From: Catajapyx aquilonaris
Taxonomy: Eukaryota
DNA: 64,000 bases
Assembly: GCA_000934665.2 (NCBI GenBank)
Contig: JYFJ02001227.1
Span: forward strand, 1-64,000
Reading direction: 5' to 3'
The notes below the pieces were generated by a model, which was not told where the DNA came from, ran no database searches, and saw only the letters and a list, made by a program, of their open reading frames with translations. Made by a program: the position numbers and the translations under genes. Shown here one piece after another: positions 11,901 to 25,100 of the stretch (its first letter is position 1; each line of letters begins with the position of its first letter).

Positions 11901-14338
11901 ACATTTCAGCGAGACACCAGAATTTCCTTATTTTTAATAACTGCGCCATCTACATCAACTAACTGTCCTTCAAAATATTATTTTATCGCAGGGACTTGCA
12001 TAATATTCTGTAACTGAATATGCTAAATGTACAGTATGTTAACATATCTATATTTTACAAAATTATTTCACTGAACATTTCGTATTATGCTGCCTAAATT
12101 ATTTGAATCAAATTTAAAGTGAAAGTTCTCCAATTCGCCCATAATTTAACCCCCTAATTGTAATTATTGGCAAACGTTACAAGCACAGAGCTACTCTATA
12201 TCCACAGCAGTTAGAATTCACATGTGCACTCAGCAGGGATTCCTGCTTGCGCTACACATAATACGCCCTGGCACTCCGGCCCCATTTGCTTTAGTGCGAG
12301 AGCCTCGGTAACACATTTACTTATCACTTCCCCCTTACTCCCAGACACGACTTAATCGACGCGAGTGATCAGGCTAAAACAAACCACACTCCCAATGCAG
12401 CACTCCATGTCAACCATGTTGATATACCACAATAGTCGCTCTCAAAAAAATTTTAACCCCTCTTTCCAGCAGCCATGATCGACATCATACAGTTTATAGA
12501 TTTCGACCTGTTGCAAAATGCATAAGGCTAGCCCTCATTTTCTGTAGTGTAATAGAACACAATGGTCTGGATGTGAAGGGGAACCCTGCACATAAATCAC
12601 TTATCCGACCGAGATGTAAGAAATAAAACATGAACAGGACGACAAGAGAGGTCAAATAAGGTGATGACAAGATTCATGACAACCTATAGCTTATATGCAC
12701 CTTTTTGGCAAAAGAGCCCTGCTGTCCTTTTGTATTGTGCTGACCAAAATGGTTATCGAATCGAAATTTTGCGGGAAGTTTAGCTGAGTTCAAATGAAAT
12801 GGAGTGGGTCTGAGCTGAAGGAAGAGAGTCGTTGCGAACATGGGAAGTAGAAAACGGCGGCTTGGTGCAAAGTAGAAGGGATTGGCTGCGACATCTGCAT
12901 GTGACAGCAGCGCTGGAGAGAAATGTTACTTGACAACTCGCGGGGAAAGAAAAAGGGTGGAGGGCAAGCGTAATGTGGTTACAATAGTCAGGGCACGAAG
13001 AGAGATGGTGCGAATGGCTGTGGTTTGGTACGGTCCAGCAAGCTAGATTTTTCTCAAATGATGACATTTTTTTTAGCCCATGTTTTGATTGGTGATAAAT
13101 ATCATGGGAGATAGTAAGAATGTTAAAAATGTCATTTTCCTGTCTAATTATGCGATTTAGTGTGTGCTAAGTAGGCTATACTCACTTGTATCAAGTGCGA
13201 CCATTGCTAAGTCGTTTATTTCACTAAATATTCGTAACATCGCGAAAGGACGCAGTGAAATCCAGGTTGTGCTGGAACAACGCCAGAGCGGTTTGTTTTG
13301 TGACCTTTTCGAATTCATCGGTCACACAAATTGTGGCCATTGATTTCCATGGTTGGTTACAACTCAATTATCCGTCCATACAAATTCAACCGATGTTGTT
13401 CAACGCTAGTAAAATGGGTAAAAGCGGCAAATAAAACTTTTCTTAACTGTGCACTGCGCTTAGTAACGCTAATCATTATCGAGCCGTAAAAGTAGGGTAA
13501 TTCCGCAGTGTTTTTAATCACCCGCGTGCAATTTTGCCGACAAATTAAAATGGATTGTATTATGCTTCTTTGTACTACGTTGTCACTATCAGTCAATTTC
13601 TCCCGGTTCCAGACTGCATGATGACAGATAATTGCAGTAAAAATGACTTGCGGGATGCAATTATGTCGTAAAACGTTACTAAATAGCAGGTAATGGATTC
13701 ACTGAGTGGAGCTGCATACTATAAGAGGTTGTTATTTACCAGCCTGATGAATCAATTACATGCAAATGTGCACAAAGTGCGCTTGCAAGTCCTACTTACT
13801 TTCTGCTCGTGCCTGTCACTGATATCGTAATAACTTTTTACACTCGCACTGAAATGATACATGCTATTATTATAGCTTTGTTAAATGTGCAGTGAAAGCA
13901 CTGCATGATTCATGATACTGCGTCCTTGACCACTTGATCTATGACTCTGGCAACTATTCTTTCAAAATCAATATTTTTTTCCTGCACAAAATCCAAATCG
14001 GTACATATTTATTTAGCAATTAAAACATTGCATATTTGGTTGTATGTAATCACTATTGTCTTTATTAATCGGCAGTCATTGCACTGCCTGCTGGCAAAGT
14101 TTGTAATGCAAGCCATTTTGCTATACAAGTATTATTGTCCTCTATAACCAGTCATTCCTGATAATGACACCAGTAATATCTTGTTTTAATTTTGTGGTTG
14201 TTTTCAATTTGCTGAATTTCACACTAATATGAACGTTAAATAACATGTTCCCCATCAAAATACACCCGATTGATTATGTGAATTGGAAGTAAACAGGTGC
14301 GGCAAGTGCTGCTGGTTGTATAAACTCGTAGGTAAATA

Positions 14339-15346
14339 CTGGGTGTCCACAATGAAAGAGGGGTAAATATAGAAATGCAGAGGTATTTGAGGTTTTTGTT
14401 GAAGTTTAAACAGTCTGGAGACTCAACAAGTTTTATACTGAATTTTTGGAATTGCCTATGTGATGTGGTGGTGCTCCTGTGGGGGATGCTGTTGGAAGAT
14501 GCAAACATAGTATCTAAGGAGGAAAAAACACAAGTGGTTAGCTGCCCTTAACTACGTAGGTGGAGCCTGAGAGGCTCCGAGCACTATTTAAACGCATGTA
14601 ACTTTTTCATTGAATTTTATTTTCCCCTGTCCTTCCGTGACTTTGTCAGAAAAATCTTCCTAATCATGAAAAGGAAAGAAAAAAGTTTTTAGTCCCTATT
14701 CTTTGGGTATAAAAATTCGTAACGAGGAACAGGTCCCTCCTGGAACCGCTCAGGCTCTATATCTCAGGTGAAGCCTGCTGAGCTGCTCAAACACATGATG
14801 TAACCTTTTAATTAAGAATTTTTCCCTGTCGGAATATGCTGACTCAGCGTGTGATTTTTACGTTTTCGGAAGCCTAATGATCTGAACTGCACTTTCTGTA
14901 TGTGAAAAGTCCAATATAACAATTTAGCTGATAAGCAGAAATTTAAATATACCGTTGGAGCATCTCAGGCTCCACCTACGTAGTTAAAGGTGTTTCGCCC
15001 ACCTACGTAGTTAAGGGTTAAGAGTTAAGTCGATTACAGAGGTGCTGGACATGCTTAAAATTTCGCCTTTCCACAACTACAAAACAGAGTATGCACCTAA
15101 AGTGGTCAGCCCAAATAATGACGTGTCCTCCATCACCCCTGACATGGCGGAGAATCTCGGAGAAAGGACATTATCGGCTTAAAATAGTGATCGCTACTAC
15201 AGGAGCACACATGGAAGGCTACTGATTTTTTAAAATAAACTTGATGAGTGTTTCTTCATAGCATGTGTCCAATTTCGACACCATGGTCCAGTAACTTGCG
15301 CAATGGTAGCAAGTTGAAACTAGGGAGGTTCATTGTGGACACCCTG
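14339..15346. mobile_element. mariner-type MITE interrupted by a nested piggyBac-type MITE
   Basis: TA|CTGGGTGTCCACAATGAA at 14339 and TTCATTGTGGACACCCTG|TA ending at 15346 form an 18-bp TIR with 1 mismatch, with TA flanks. Confidence 0.75.
14545..15017. mobile_element. piggyBac-type (CCC...GGG, TTAA) MITE with a duplicated right terminus
   Basis: Left end CCCTTAACTACGTAGGTGGAGCCTGAGA. Right inner copy TCTCAGGCTCCACCTACGTAGTTAAAGG (about 14963-14990) and outer copy CCACCTACGTAGTTAAGGG|TTAA ending at 15017. The left TTAA is not intact. Confidence 0.8.
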
Positions 15347-16500
15347 TATATACCATAAGCCTCATTGGGTGTCGCAACGTCATGTCTTTGATTTTGCAAC
15401 GATAGCATCATGAAGCGTCGATGGCGTATCGGTGTCGTTCCACTTCCCTAAACCTATAAAGCTAAAAGGGTTTTGCTTAATATTCTCTGCACACCATTGC
15501 CATGAAGCAGGAAGGTTTTTCTTTTATGGCAGCAGTCCAGCTTCGCACATAGTTCCTCATAATAATGAACTTCAATAATAAAAAGCCAGGTTGACACGAT
15601 TTACCTACGTAAACATTGTACAGTAACAAGAGTAGGGTACGTCGCAAGTTGTAATAACATAAGCAATTTCTTTTTGCTTCAAATCACTTGAACATATACC
15701 AATAGGAAAGAATGTATTTGACCTATCTATTGCACCAATCGCTCTCAATCAAACGCAACATTGAGCCACTTGCTCCCCCCCAAAAAAGTTAATTCACAAA
15801 CCAGCTTAGAAGAGATTTGCCCAAATTTCGTTCCTTACATTTCTCCCTTATTCAGACGCTTTGAAATGAAATTTCCGGTAGTCAAGTTTCGAGTCGAGAC
15901 CATATTTCCCTGTGGGCTCCTTGCGGTCTATACAGAATCAGAAAGAAGAGGGCTGGCGGTGGAATATTAATCCCGGAGCCCGGGTGATCTGTCTGAACTC
16001 TGGGCATGTTTGCTGATGCAAATCCCCCTCTTCCCCCTTCCCCTTCGTCCCCTTTTCCCCTCTTCCCCTCCTCACTTTCTCCTTGGTCCGAGCAGACGGT
16101 TAAAGGGATCTTTACAAGCCTTGGCGGTTTCCCATCGATCCCACCAGTTGGAAAGGGGCGGATATTGAGAGGTGAAAGAAGCCAACGTGGGAAGACAAGA
16201 GCCCAAAGTCGATCAAGGGAGGAAATTACCGGGAGTAATGGAGGAGAAAGGAGGCGCTTCCTTTTCGGCGTCCACAAGTACCCGCGGCCACCCCAAAGAC
16301 TCTTGGGGACCCCAAATTGTGACGTGATCAGTGGCCCCCATTCAAGGTAGAGGGCGCTGGAATATTAATTATGCTGACGGTTACGGTCTGGCTTCAAGAT
16401 GTAAGGTGAGACGTCATTATAGAGTTGACTCCAGGTTATGGATGGAAGTGTAAAGGAGACTGGCAGCTAATGATTACAAGTTGGGCCACAGGGATGTGCT

Positions 16501-16610
16501 TTTCTGATTGGCCTCCTTTACCGGTACTGATGATTGGCCACCAGTCATGGTCCTTAGTGTCTGATTGGCACTAGTCACGGTCCTTATCGTCTGCTTGGCC
16601 TCTACTCACC
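16501..16610. repeat. Degenerate ~30-bp minisatellite containing ATTGG (reverse CCAAT) cores
   Basis: TGATTGGC at 16505, 16531 and 16562, and TGCTTGGC at 16592. Units 2 and 3 share AGTCA(T/C)GGTCCTTA..GTCTG. Confidence 0.65.
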
Positions 16611-18195
16611 CTTCTAATTACTACTTTGTTTGATTCACCTCCATCCACTTTGCCGATACTCACCTCCTTTGCTCTTGATCATTCTGGTGGACTCTCATAA
16701 GTTCATAAGTTCTAGTCTTATAATCTCCTGTAAGTGACGTATAATCCCCAAACTATTGTTTGGGGATTGGTTCCAGAGTGCGTCATCAAATGCGTTACTT
16801 ATAAGGGATCGATAGCTAGGAGTCCACGAGAATGACGGCCTGACAGGACTGAAGGGCCAGTCTATCATTATGGAATTGGGGAGCTGGGATTGGAAGTTCC
16901 TGCCATTTGCTGCGAAAGAGTGAGGCGTAAAATTAACATGGCAATCGAGAACTACATTATGCTTGTATAGGGCGTAAGATTCTAGAATAGTTCTTCAAAG
17001 ATTTTTCATTTAAATATGTTATAATAATTATGCTGATGACTAAAACTTTCATAACCACGGGGGGGGGGGTTGTTAAAGGATAATACTATTGTCCAACAGA
17101 ACTGAAGGTATGCTGTTCAGATGGCTTTAATACGATCGCTATTAGCACCACAGTCCAACTGATTTAAAAAAAAAATACAGTATATGCAGATGACACTAAT
17201 TATTTTCATTACTAAATGCGAAGCTAAATTGGAGATCAACTGCCAGATATTCATGAACTCAAATTAAAAGAAAATATTTATTGAATCCGTGGTTTTACCT
17301 TAATTTGAAATAATTTTACGTTATTCAAATAAGTTCCTAATTATTTGAGTGAGTAAAGCGCTTTGGTAGGGAGTGTCCTTTGAAGAAGAAAGGATCCCGA
17401 TGGAGCTACTGCCAGGGTCGTGACCATATAGTTCCTTCAATATAGGGCCAATCAGTGCTAGCCAGTGGAAACAGGGTCGGTAAATACGAGGCTTGTTCAA
17501 TTTGTTTTCATTTTGTTCGTATTAAAGGGGGCGGAGCGCGACTCTTGCCATTCACGACAGAGTCGCATTTGCACTAGACGCCTTTATTGCTGTAGCTTTA
17601 AAGATTAAAAACAAACACTTGCATAAATGCCATAGTGCTGCACTCGGCGTAGGTACACCCTGAGTACTTTTGAAACATACGGGTTAAGGACCTTTCTGTT
17701 CAACTGTTTCACAATGAATTTCCAATATTTGCATGCATTTTCAAACAAAAAAAAGTGAGTCCAGTTTGGTATTGACATGGGAACTGCATGGAAACTTTTT
17801 TTCGCACTTACAGCAATACCTCAAATGAAGTGTTATATCCGCAGCAGAATAACCACTACACAGTGCACTGACAACTATAAATGCTTTTAAAATGTCTACT
17901 ATAAGTGTATGAAATTTCGGATAGAAAAATAAAATGGTTTTATGAATAAAAGGGCATAAGTGTATTAAAGGAGGTATGTATAGGTTAACAGATTATATAC
18001 ACGCACATAAATATTTTTATACTCGAGTGTTTATGCGGATGTGCGTAAATAATTTTACACCTTTAAATTCATGGCAATTGTGCAGTGCATCAGTGTCCAG
18101 GATGTTATTTATTTATACTTAATTGATAGCGCTAATAATAATTTATTTTGATTACAAAGCTGGTGGAAATTAATTTCTAATTTTTATTTTACATA

Positions 18196-18799
18196 CAGGA
18201 AAACTTCTATAAGTCGAACTTCCCCAAGTCGAAGTTCTCTATAAGTCGAAGAAAATGACGAGCTTGGTTGGTCACAATGTAAAATAATAGGAAATAAACT
18301 TCCCTAACTCGAATTTCTATAACTCGAAGTTCTCCATAACTCGAAGTGCTGGCAGGGCCTGACGATGGGATATCAATGCATTTTCAGTCTCCCTAAGTCG
18401 ATGTTCATGTTGGCGAGTACGGAAAATTTTCTCACTTCCCAGCCGAAGGGTCGAGAGTAGGCCACATGTACAGAAAGGCTCAATATCCTGATCTCCGTCT
18501 ACCAGATGTACCGAAAGAAGTGTTTGACTCGATTGTGACAATTGAATCCTTGAATCTAATAAGAGTAGGCAAATGTCCATCGCGGAGCTTTTTTTACAAC
18601 AAAACAACGAGGAACATTGTAAGTGTGATAGTGACAGTTATTTTTAAGTTTTAAACACCTTTCGTCGCTGGATATAAAGGTAGACTTCCTTATCGAGTTA
18701 TGTGCTCAGTTAAAAAACTCCAAACTTCTCTAACTCTAATCTTCTATAACTCGAAGTTTTTTTCCGGTCCGATGGAGATTCGACTTAGAGGATTTACTG
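18196..18799 (+). mobile_element. pogo/Tigger-type MITE family A, copy 1
   Basis: TA|CAGGAAAACTTCTATAAGTCGAA...TTCGACTTAGAGGATTTACTG, with repeated TAA(G/C)TCGAA subterminal motifs. Colinear with copies at 27156 and 57947. Confidence 0.9.
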
Positions 18800-21326
18800 A
18801 CATTAACAATTAAATAAATTAAACAACATTAAACAATAACGTATTACGTACAGTATAGGCTACATCTTGTATGCAGTGTACCGTGTATGCGTATTTTTGA
18901 GAGTTTTTTTTCGTTATGGGGAGAGGTGAAATAAAACTATGCAGGTGACAATACCAGTACTTTTTCTCAGCAATAAATATACGGTACCTCTTTCGTCCGA
19001 AGAGATAAACAAAATGACTCAGTTCCTCCTTTCGTCAATCTATTTTTAAACTTGAACTCTAACCTAGCCTAATTCCAAATAAGAAATTGCGAAGTAATTT
19101 AATTCCGAGCACAAAAGAATCCTCCCGACTGAGATTCATTTCCTTGAGGGTAGAATACCCAGCAGGGAAGCCATAGTCGACGCAAGGCTCCTTCATTGGC
19201 CCAATGTTGTTTCTAGGGCTTCCCTGGTGTTGTTAAACCCTTCGAAAATTGTGAAGTCATCGTGAGTTGGGCTAGCTCTCATTTTTATCCTCGTACATTA
19301 CGAGTAAATTGTCTCCATGCTTTGTGCTGTTTTTGAACATTTTGAGTGCAATGACAAGTGATCGTATCGCTCTTGTCTGCGATTACAGTGCTCTCTCGCT
19401 GATTTGGTCCCTCTCTTTGAGGGAATGCAACGGAGCTGAATTCATTAAGCTAATAGGGTGGCCCCAATATTCCAGAAGTGTTGGCGCAAATTTTTATCGC
19501 CACTTCTGCTGCAGTTGACATTTTTGCAATTTGCTGCCTGGAATAGTGGACTGGCTCCAAAGGCAGGGCGTGAGAAGTCAAAGCAGAGTATAAGAAAATT
19601 TTATTTGTGAGGCAATAATTAATATCAAATGTTTTAAAAATTCGCTCGTGTGTACTAGAGAGCTTGATATTTTATTGTCTAAATTTGCATAAATCTTTTG
19701 ATTATATTTTAACGTTGCGTATACAGGATGGTGCATTTCCACACTATTGAGTGAGAGACAGAAAGAGAAGTTATTCATAAATATTTAATAGTTATAAAAT
19801 TACCAATAGTTACGCCAATAAATGCTGTTCTGATTATTTGTTCCAACGTGTTACCTCCCTTTATACTGCATTGGTTGCTAGAGTAAGCGATCCACACCTT
19901 CTGTACCTAATCCCACTTCAAATGTAGACCTGGGCAGTGCATTAACCCGTTCATAAGCTGCTTCATGTGCGTGGAACATAATTCAGACCTAAAATCTGAC
20001 ACACCCACTTGCACTTTTTTTATAACCGGTAATAACTAATTCGCTTCTAACTTACCCTTACACCGTGCAGTATTTTAGAATTTAGCTTTCATCCGTATCG
20101 ATTGAAATCTCTCTAACGCGCATTTCCAGTAGCTCCTGTCGCACCACCTTCAACTCTAACAGTGAGAGACATATACCGTTTGAAATCCCAGTTAATGGGC
20201 TTTCCATTACTATATATGATTCCAGGCTCAACTCGAAAGTCAAGTTCACAGGGAGGAAAGTCCGCAAAATTTCCACCATTACGGATTTAAGCTCGATTCT
20301 GCCACACTGATCGAACACAAAGGTCTTTGTCTATAACTTCGGTAATAGACACCGGACTCGCAATGATTCATTTTTCAAGTCCTGGTCGTCGCTGATACCA
20401 ATAATAGCTGGGGTAAAGGGGTGAAACCCCATAATTACAACAAGTTGGGGGAGGGGGAGTCAGTTTTGGAGTTAATGACTAAAATTACCCGCAATTTTAT
20501 ACGGCCGGACAGAGTTTCCTATCCTCACATGCCAATTATTATGGCAGGGTGAGTTTTGGAGATCGGGTAGCACAAAAAGCCGTTTGAAAGCCCGGTACCA
20601 TGACAATAGGCTTGGTAGCTACAGTGCTGCCCTCCCCNATGCGGTCGTGACTACGAGACTCTAACGTCACGTGCATTGTACAGGTGCACTTAAATAGCTG
20701 ACAAGAGCTTGCACGCAGGCTGTAGATTTTTTTTTTTGCACAAAAAAACGAGCCAAGTACTGGAACACAAGTTCAAATTGCCTTTTCGTCTGGAGGCCTC
20801 CCACTCAGTTTTTTTTTCTTTCTTTTTCTGCTCAACTTTTGGTTGAACTCAACAAGTTGAATCCTAAGCGCAAAGAAATGGATGTACAGTTATTTTACGG
20901 TGGAAAGGAGAAAGGTTTCTGGATGTGATTATGAACTTGCGAAGAAAAGTGGCCCGTCTATAAAACACCAGGAGTAGTTAATTTCGTGAGTCAGGTTTGG
21001 CGGGAAGTTGGTAATGCGTTGTACAGTGAGGCAATTTCCATGAATAAATGGTATAACCTTCAAGTGACATGCAAAATACTGGGAGTTTGATTGGTTAGGA
21101 ATATCCGCAAGGACGTAGCTTCCTTTTCCTTTGACTAACTCTCGAGCCAGCTACCTCCAAATTGTGGAACTTTTTGCTGCTAATTTCTAAAGTACGCTAC
21201 TCTCAAGAAGAGCCTCGAACACGCGACATTCCTCTTTCTCACGTCCTTTTCACAACATGCAATCGTTATAATCTGGCCATGATTTATTTTTCTTGAAGTA
21301 GATGTGACACATGGGTGACAATGGCA

Positions 21327-21545
21327 TGTTGTTGTTGTTGGTTCATTGAGGTCAGGCGTTCTGACTTGGTAGTGCTTTATAGCCTACGCATCAGAGTGAT
21401 CATCACCAAATAAGGAAGGATCAGCAGGAAAGAAAACTACAATTAATCATAGAAGGTGAAGAGAGATGTTTGGGCAATAGGAGGAAACAGGAAAATCCCG
21501 AGAAACACACGCGAATACGGAGAGAACCTCTCGAAACACTTTCCA
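21327..21545 (-). mobile_element. Degenerate SINE remnant (V-domain-like core, possible (CAA)n tail)
   Basis: GAGGAAACAGGAAAATCCCGAGAAACACACGCGAATACGGAGAGAAC near 21481-21527 resembles the reverse complement of the widespread GGGTTTTCTCCGGGTACTCCGGTTTCCTC SINE core. (GTT)4 lies at the 3' side. No intact tRNA head is visible. Confidence 0.4.
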
Positions 21546-21909
21546 CATGAAAAGTGGCGCGTTCATCTTAATTTGGTCATATGAAATCCACCCACACTAT
21601 ATGTTAAACATGCGATAACAAAAACGTCGCTTTATTCCCTTTAGTGTAAAGTACAACCTACGCCAGGATGTTTCAATATAATAATTCATAAAGGCTTTTC
21701 TCAGATAAACACGTTACCTAGACCTGGTCTCCTCATCCTCGCTACTCATAATAATATGGGCTTCAAATACTGTGGTAAAAAATTCTGTCAGGTGTGAATC
21801 CCTCCAAGCAACATGACATTTTAAATTTAACAGGTGTTGCCAGACAATTTCTATCTAAATGTCAGTCTCATTAGGTGTCTTTAGCACTTTCCTACAATAT
21901 GTCATGGCA

Positions 21910-22141
21910 ACCGAAGTAGGTTGGCATAGTGGATAGGGTGTCCGACTGCTAATCGGGAGGTCCTGGGTTCGAATCCCGTGGCCGGAAACCCTGACCGTGG
22001 TTTTCTGTGGTTTTCCACGGTCTTTCTAGGATAATTCCGGGGTCGCTTCCGTATAATAGGCCACAGCCGCTTCCTTCCTTCCCTATCCTTGGAGGTTGAA
22101 AGGCAATGCTGGGCCAACCTCCTTAATATCAATTATAAACG
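21910..22141 (+). mobile_element. Full-length tRNA-derived SINE with a 12-bp target-site duplication
   Basis: A box TGGCATAGTGG (21922-21932) and B box GGTTCGAATCC (21966-21976). Anticodon-like arm TCCGA-CTGCTAA-TCGGG, central GGTTTTCTGTGGTTTTCC...GGCCACAGCCGCTTCCTTCC, and a 3' stem-loop. TSD TATGTCATGGCA at 21898-21909 and 22142-22153. Confidence 0.92.
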
Positions 22142-25100
22142 TATGTCATGGCAGTGTAGTATAGGCTGTATACTCGATATACCGTACTGTAGGACATTAC
22201 ATCATTCACGTTCTAATTAGTGATAATTATCTCATTGAAGAGGGGGTGCAGGCATCAAAATAATAATGCCTATGTATAGAGTAATATTCTCGGGCGGCTA
22301 GGAACCAACAGTATAATAATTATTAAACAACCTACATAACTAAGTTAAACTGTGAAAAAAACGTTTTGGTCCCATATATCCTGGCTGTATTCAACTATCA
22401 GCACTCTAGAAGGAAAAGATTAGAAAAAACACTTTCACTTCGCTATAGAACACTTGTGGTTGACCAAAAAACGTTTGTCCAAAAAATGTTAAAATACATT
22501 GCAATGAGCGGCAATGAGAAATAAAACACCGTTTACTACCTGGAAACAACGGCAATTTTAAATTCCACGTCGTCAATGATACACCTTACCCTTACGGCTT
22601 ACCTGTAAAATGCTACCAAGCGTTGGACAACAACCTGCATTATGGCTCATCCAAAGCTTATCCGCTCATCATAACACAGCCTTACGCGCTAAGCGCATTG
22701 ATGAACGCTCAGGATTTTTTTTTTGTTAGCATAAATGCTGAACGAGCCACATAACTGAGGGCTGATGCTGGATTATTACACCAGACAAAACGTTTACATC
22801 ACCCTCAATTTCAGCCACCGAAGCTTCTGGCCGGATACCCCCGGATTGTGTAAATAGCAACCAGCAATGTATCCCGAGTAGGCAACAGACCATGCCCATG
22901 ACTATTTCTCTGTTAACGATTTAACATCCGATTGTGCACAGCCTGGCTGGATTTTAACGTCCCCCCCCCCCCCTCGCCCATTTTACTCAGACCCTGGGGC
23001 AGAGGGGATGATAATGAATAATATCGACGAATATCCGCATCTGAGGAGTGATGTTTCCGACACCTGGTGATTATCAGACCTGATGTCAGCTACACCCCTG
23101 ATTGCGGTTGCTCTTCTGTCGTTCAAACTTCTGCTCTACCCTATCCTGTACCCGCACCCGTCACCACCAGCCATCTCCCAAGTGTGGGAGGTAGTCCAGC
23201 AAGGTTATTACATTCCAACTGTCGCTACAGTTTACAGCCTATTAAAGCCAAATTAGATCCTTTAACTCCACGTGGCCTGCTGGTTTTTGCTTGCCAGATA
23301 GAAGTGTTACAGGATGATTCGGAATTGCCTGGGCTGTTATTGGTTTGCTGGGGTTGTTGTGGCTGTTTCTATTTGTACTGTACATGCTGATCAAAAGGTA
23401 AATTATTAGTATGACCTGGTTTATTCCATGCATATTTGTCTTCGGTGCTTTATAAACACTATGAACTGATTTTAGTACGTGACAGTTGGGTGGCGACGGA
23501 AACAGCAACTAAACAGCAAATAACAATTTTGCCCTTTTCCAAACAATACATTACAAAATGTGGGCCTACAGTAGGTATAAACAGTTTATCAAATTAATGA
23601 TGAAGTAACGTGACAACATGAGGTAGACTAACCACATTCTATTTATATTTATTCGACCAGACAAAACTGACAAAAATTACTCAACGTGAACGTTCGTTGA
23701 ATTTATGTGAATTGACCCAGATATGTCTGAATATATTTTGTGTCTAATTTTTTGAATAATGACCTTTTTATTAGCAAACGAACAAGCAATATATTGTACA
23801 CGTGTCCTATACATAGGAAGCTAGCCAAATCTGGGCTAAGACGGTCTTTCTACTGTACATGGCTCCTTACTGCGCATTGCAACCCACATTCAGGAAACTC
23901 CATCTCACAGTCAGTAAAAAATGGTGCACGATCTGGATGTTATTATCCCAAAAAAATGAACCACCCTGTACACCACACCTAAAAAAGATGAGGAGAGTAT
24001 ATGAAATCGTCATGCCGATATCTGGTTGTTATCGCTGCCTGGCGCCAATTGGATTCTCTCCCAGTGAGGGTCTAAAAGCGCGGTTTCATAGCAGAGCCTA
24101 CCCCTTCCCCCCCATGATCGATCGACGACCCCCACCGCCCCTGGGCCAACGCCCCCCGATCACCAACTGCATTCTGTAAAATCACTAAAACTTTTTTTTT
24201 TCTTGCTCTTTCCAATCCTCTGATTTGCCCCAATTTGTCCACCCTTCCTATTACAAACAAGAGCTTGTGTTTGCCTTTTCAGTCATTAGTTATTTGGGTT
24301 TGATCTCTATACCGATTGGCAAACGATGCGGGGGGGGGGGGGGTATTGTAGGATTATTTGAATGTACAGTACGCCTACAATGTGCATAAGCGACTTAACT
24401 ATTGAGGAATTAATTACGCCGGTCGTTTGCTTTTTTTTTTGTAGGCTGGTCAGCTCATACGGGCAGTCCTATTGTGCCGTCCAGTGAAATATGCAAATTC
24501 GAAGGTTTTTATGGGGTTGGTGCCCTCTGATGATTTCCATGCATACATGAATGCAGATAAAGGGATATGAGTACTGCGCGCTCTTGAGGACACCGGGTGT
24601 CCGCAACTTTTATCTCGCCTACATTAATAGTCGCCACAATTCGCATGGACCCACTACAGCAATATTACTAGAGTAATAAAATGACGGCCTCAATATTGAT
24701 ATGCATATATAAAACGGTGCAATTTTACAGCATTAATTTATTTATGCCACGAGTTGAACCTGTTGACACTGATCAAACGTGACAAGTGTCATGTTTGTTA
24801 AATTGTCCACCAGCAGATAACTTCTGATTGGCTATTGATTGGGCGCAAATTCGGTTCAGACTCTAGGCTCTCCTAGGGCATGGCGTAGAAATGTGATTGG
24901 ATGACTCCAAAAATAGCTGGCCCAAAATCCATGCCGCGCCATCAATTCCGAAATCCGGCACAACAAAAATGGTTGACCACAGTGTGCGAATTGAGGGCCG
25001 AGAGAAATGAGTCAACTAACCGGTTCGGATGGCGGCCGAAACACTCCAAATGTTCTAATGGGAACTCGCATGTAATCCTGGGGTTTGAAACTGCGAACGC

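Noticed and set aside
20638..20638. Single ambiguous base (n)
   Set aside because: An assembly or sequencing ambiguity, not a biological feature.
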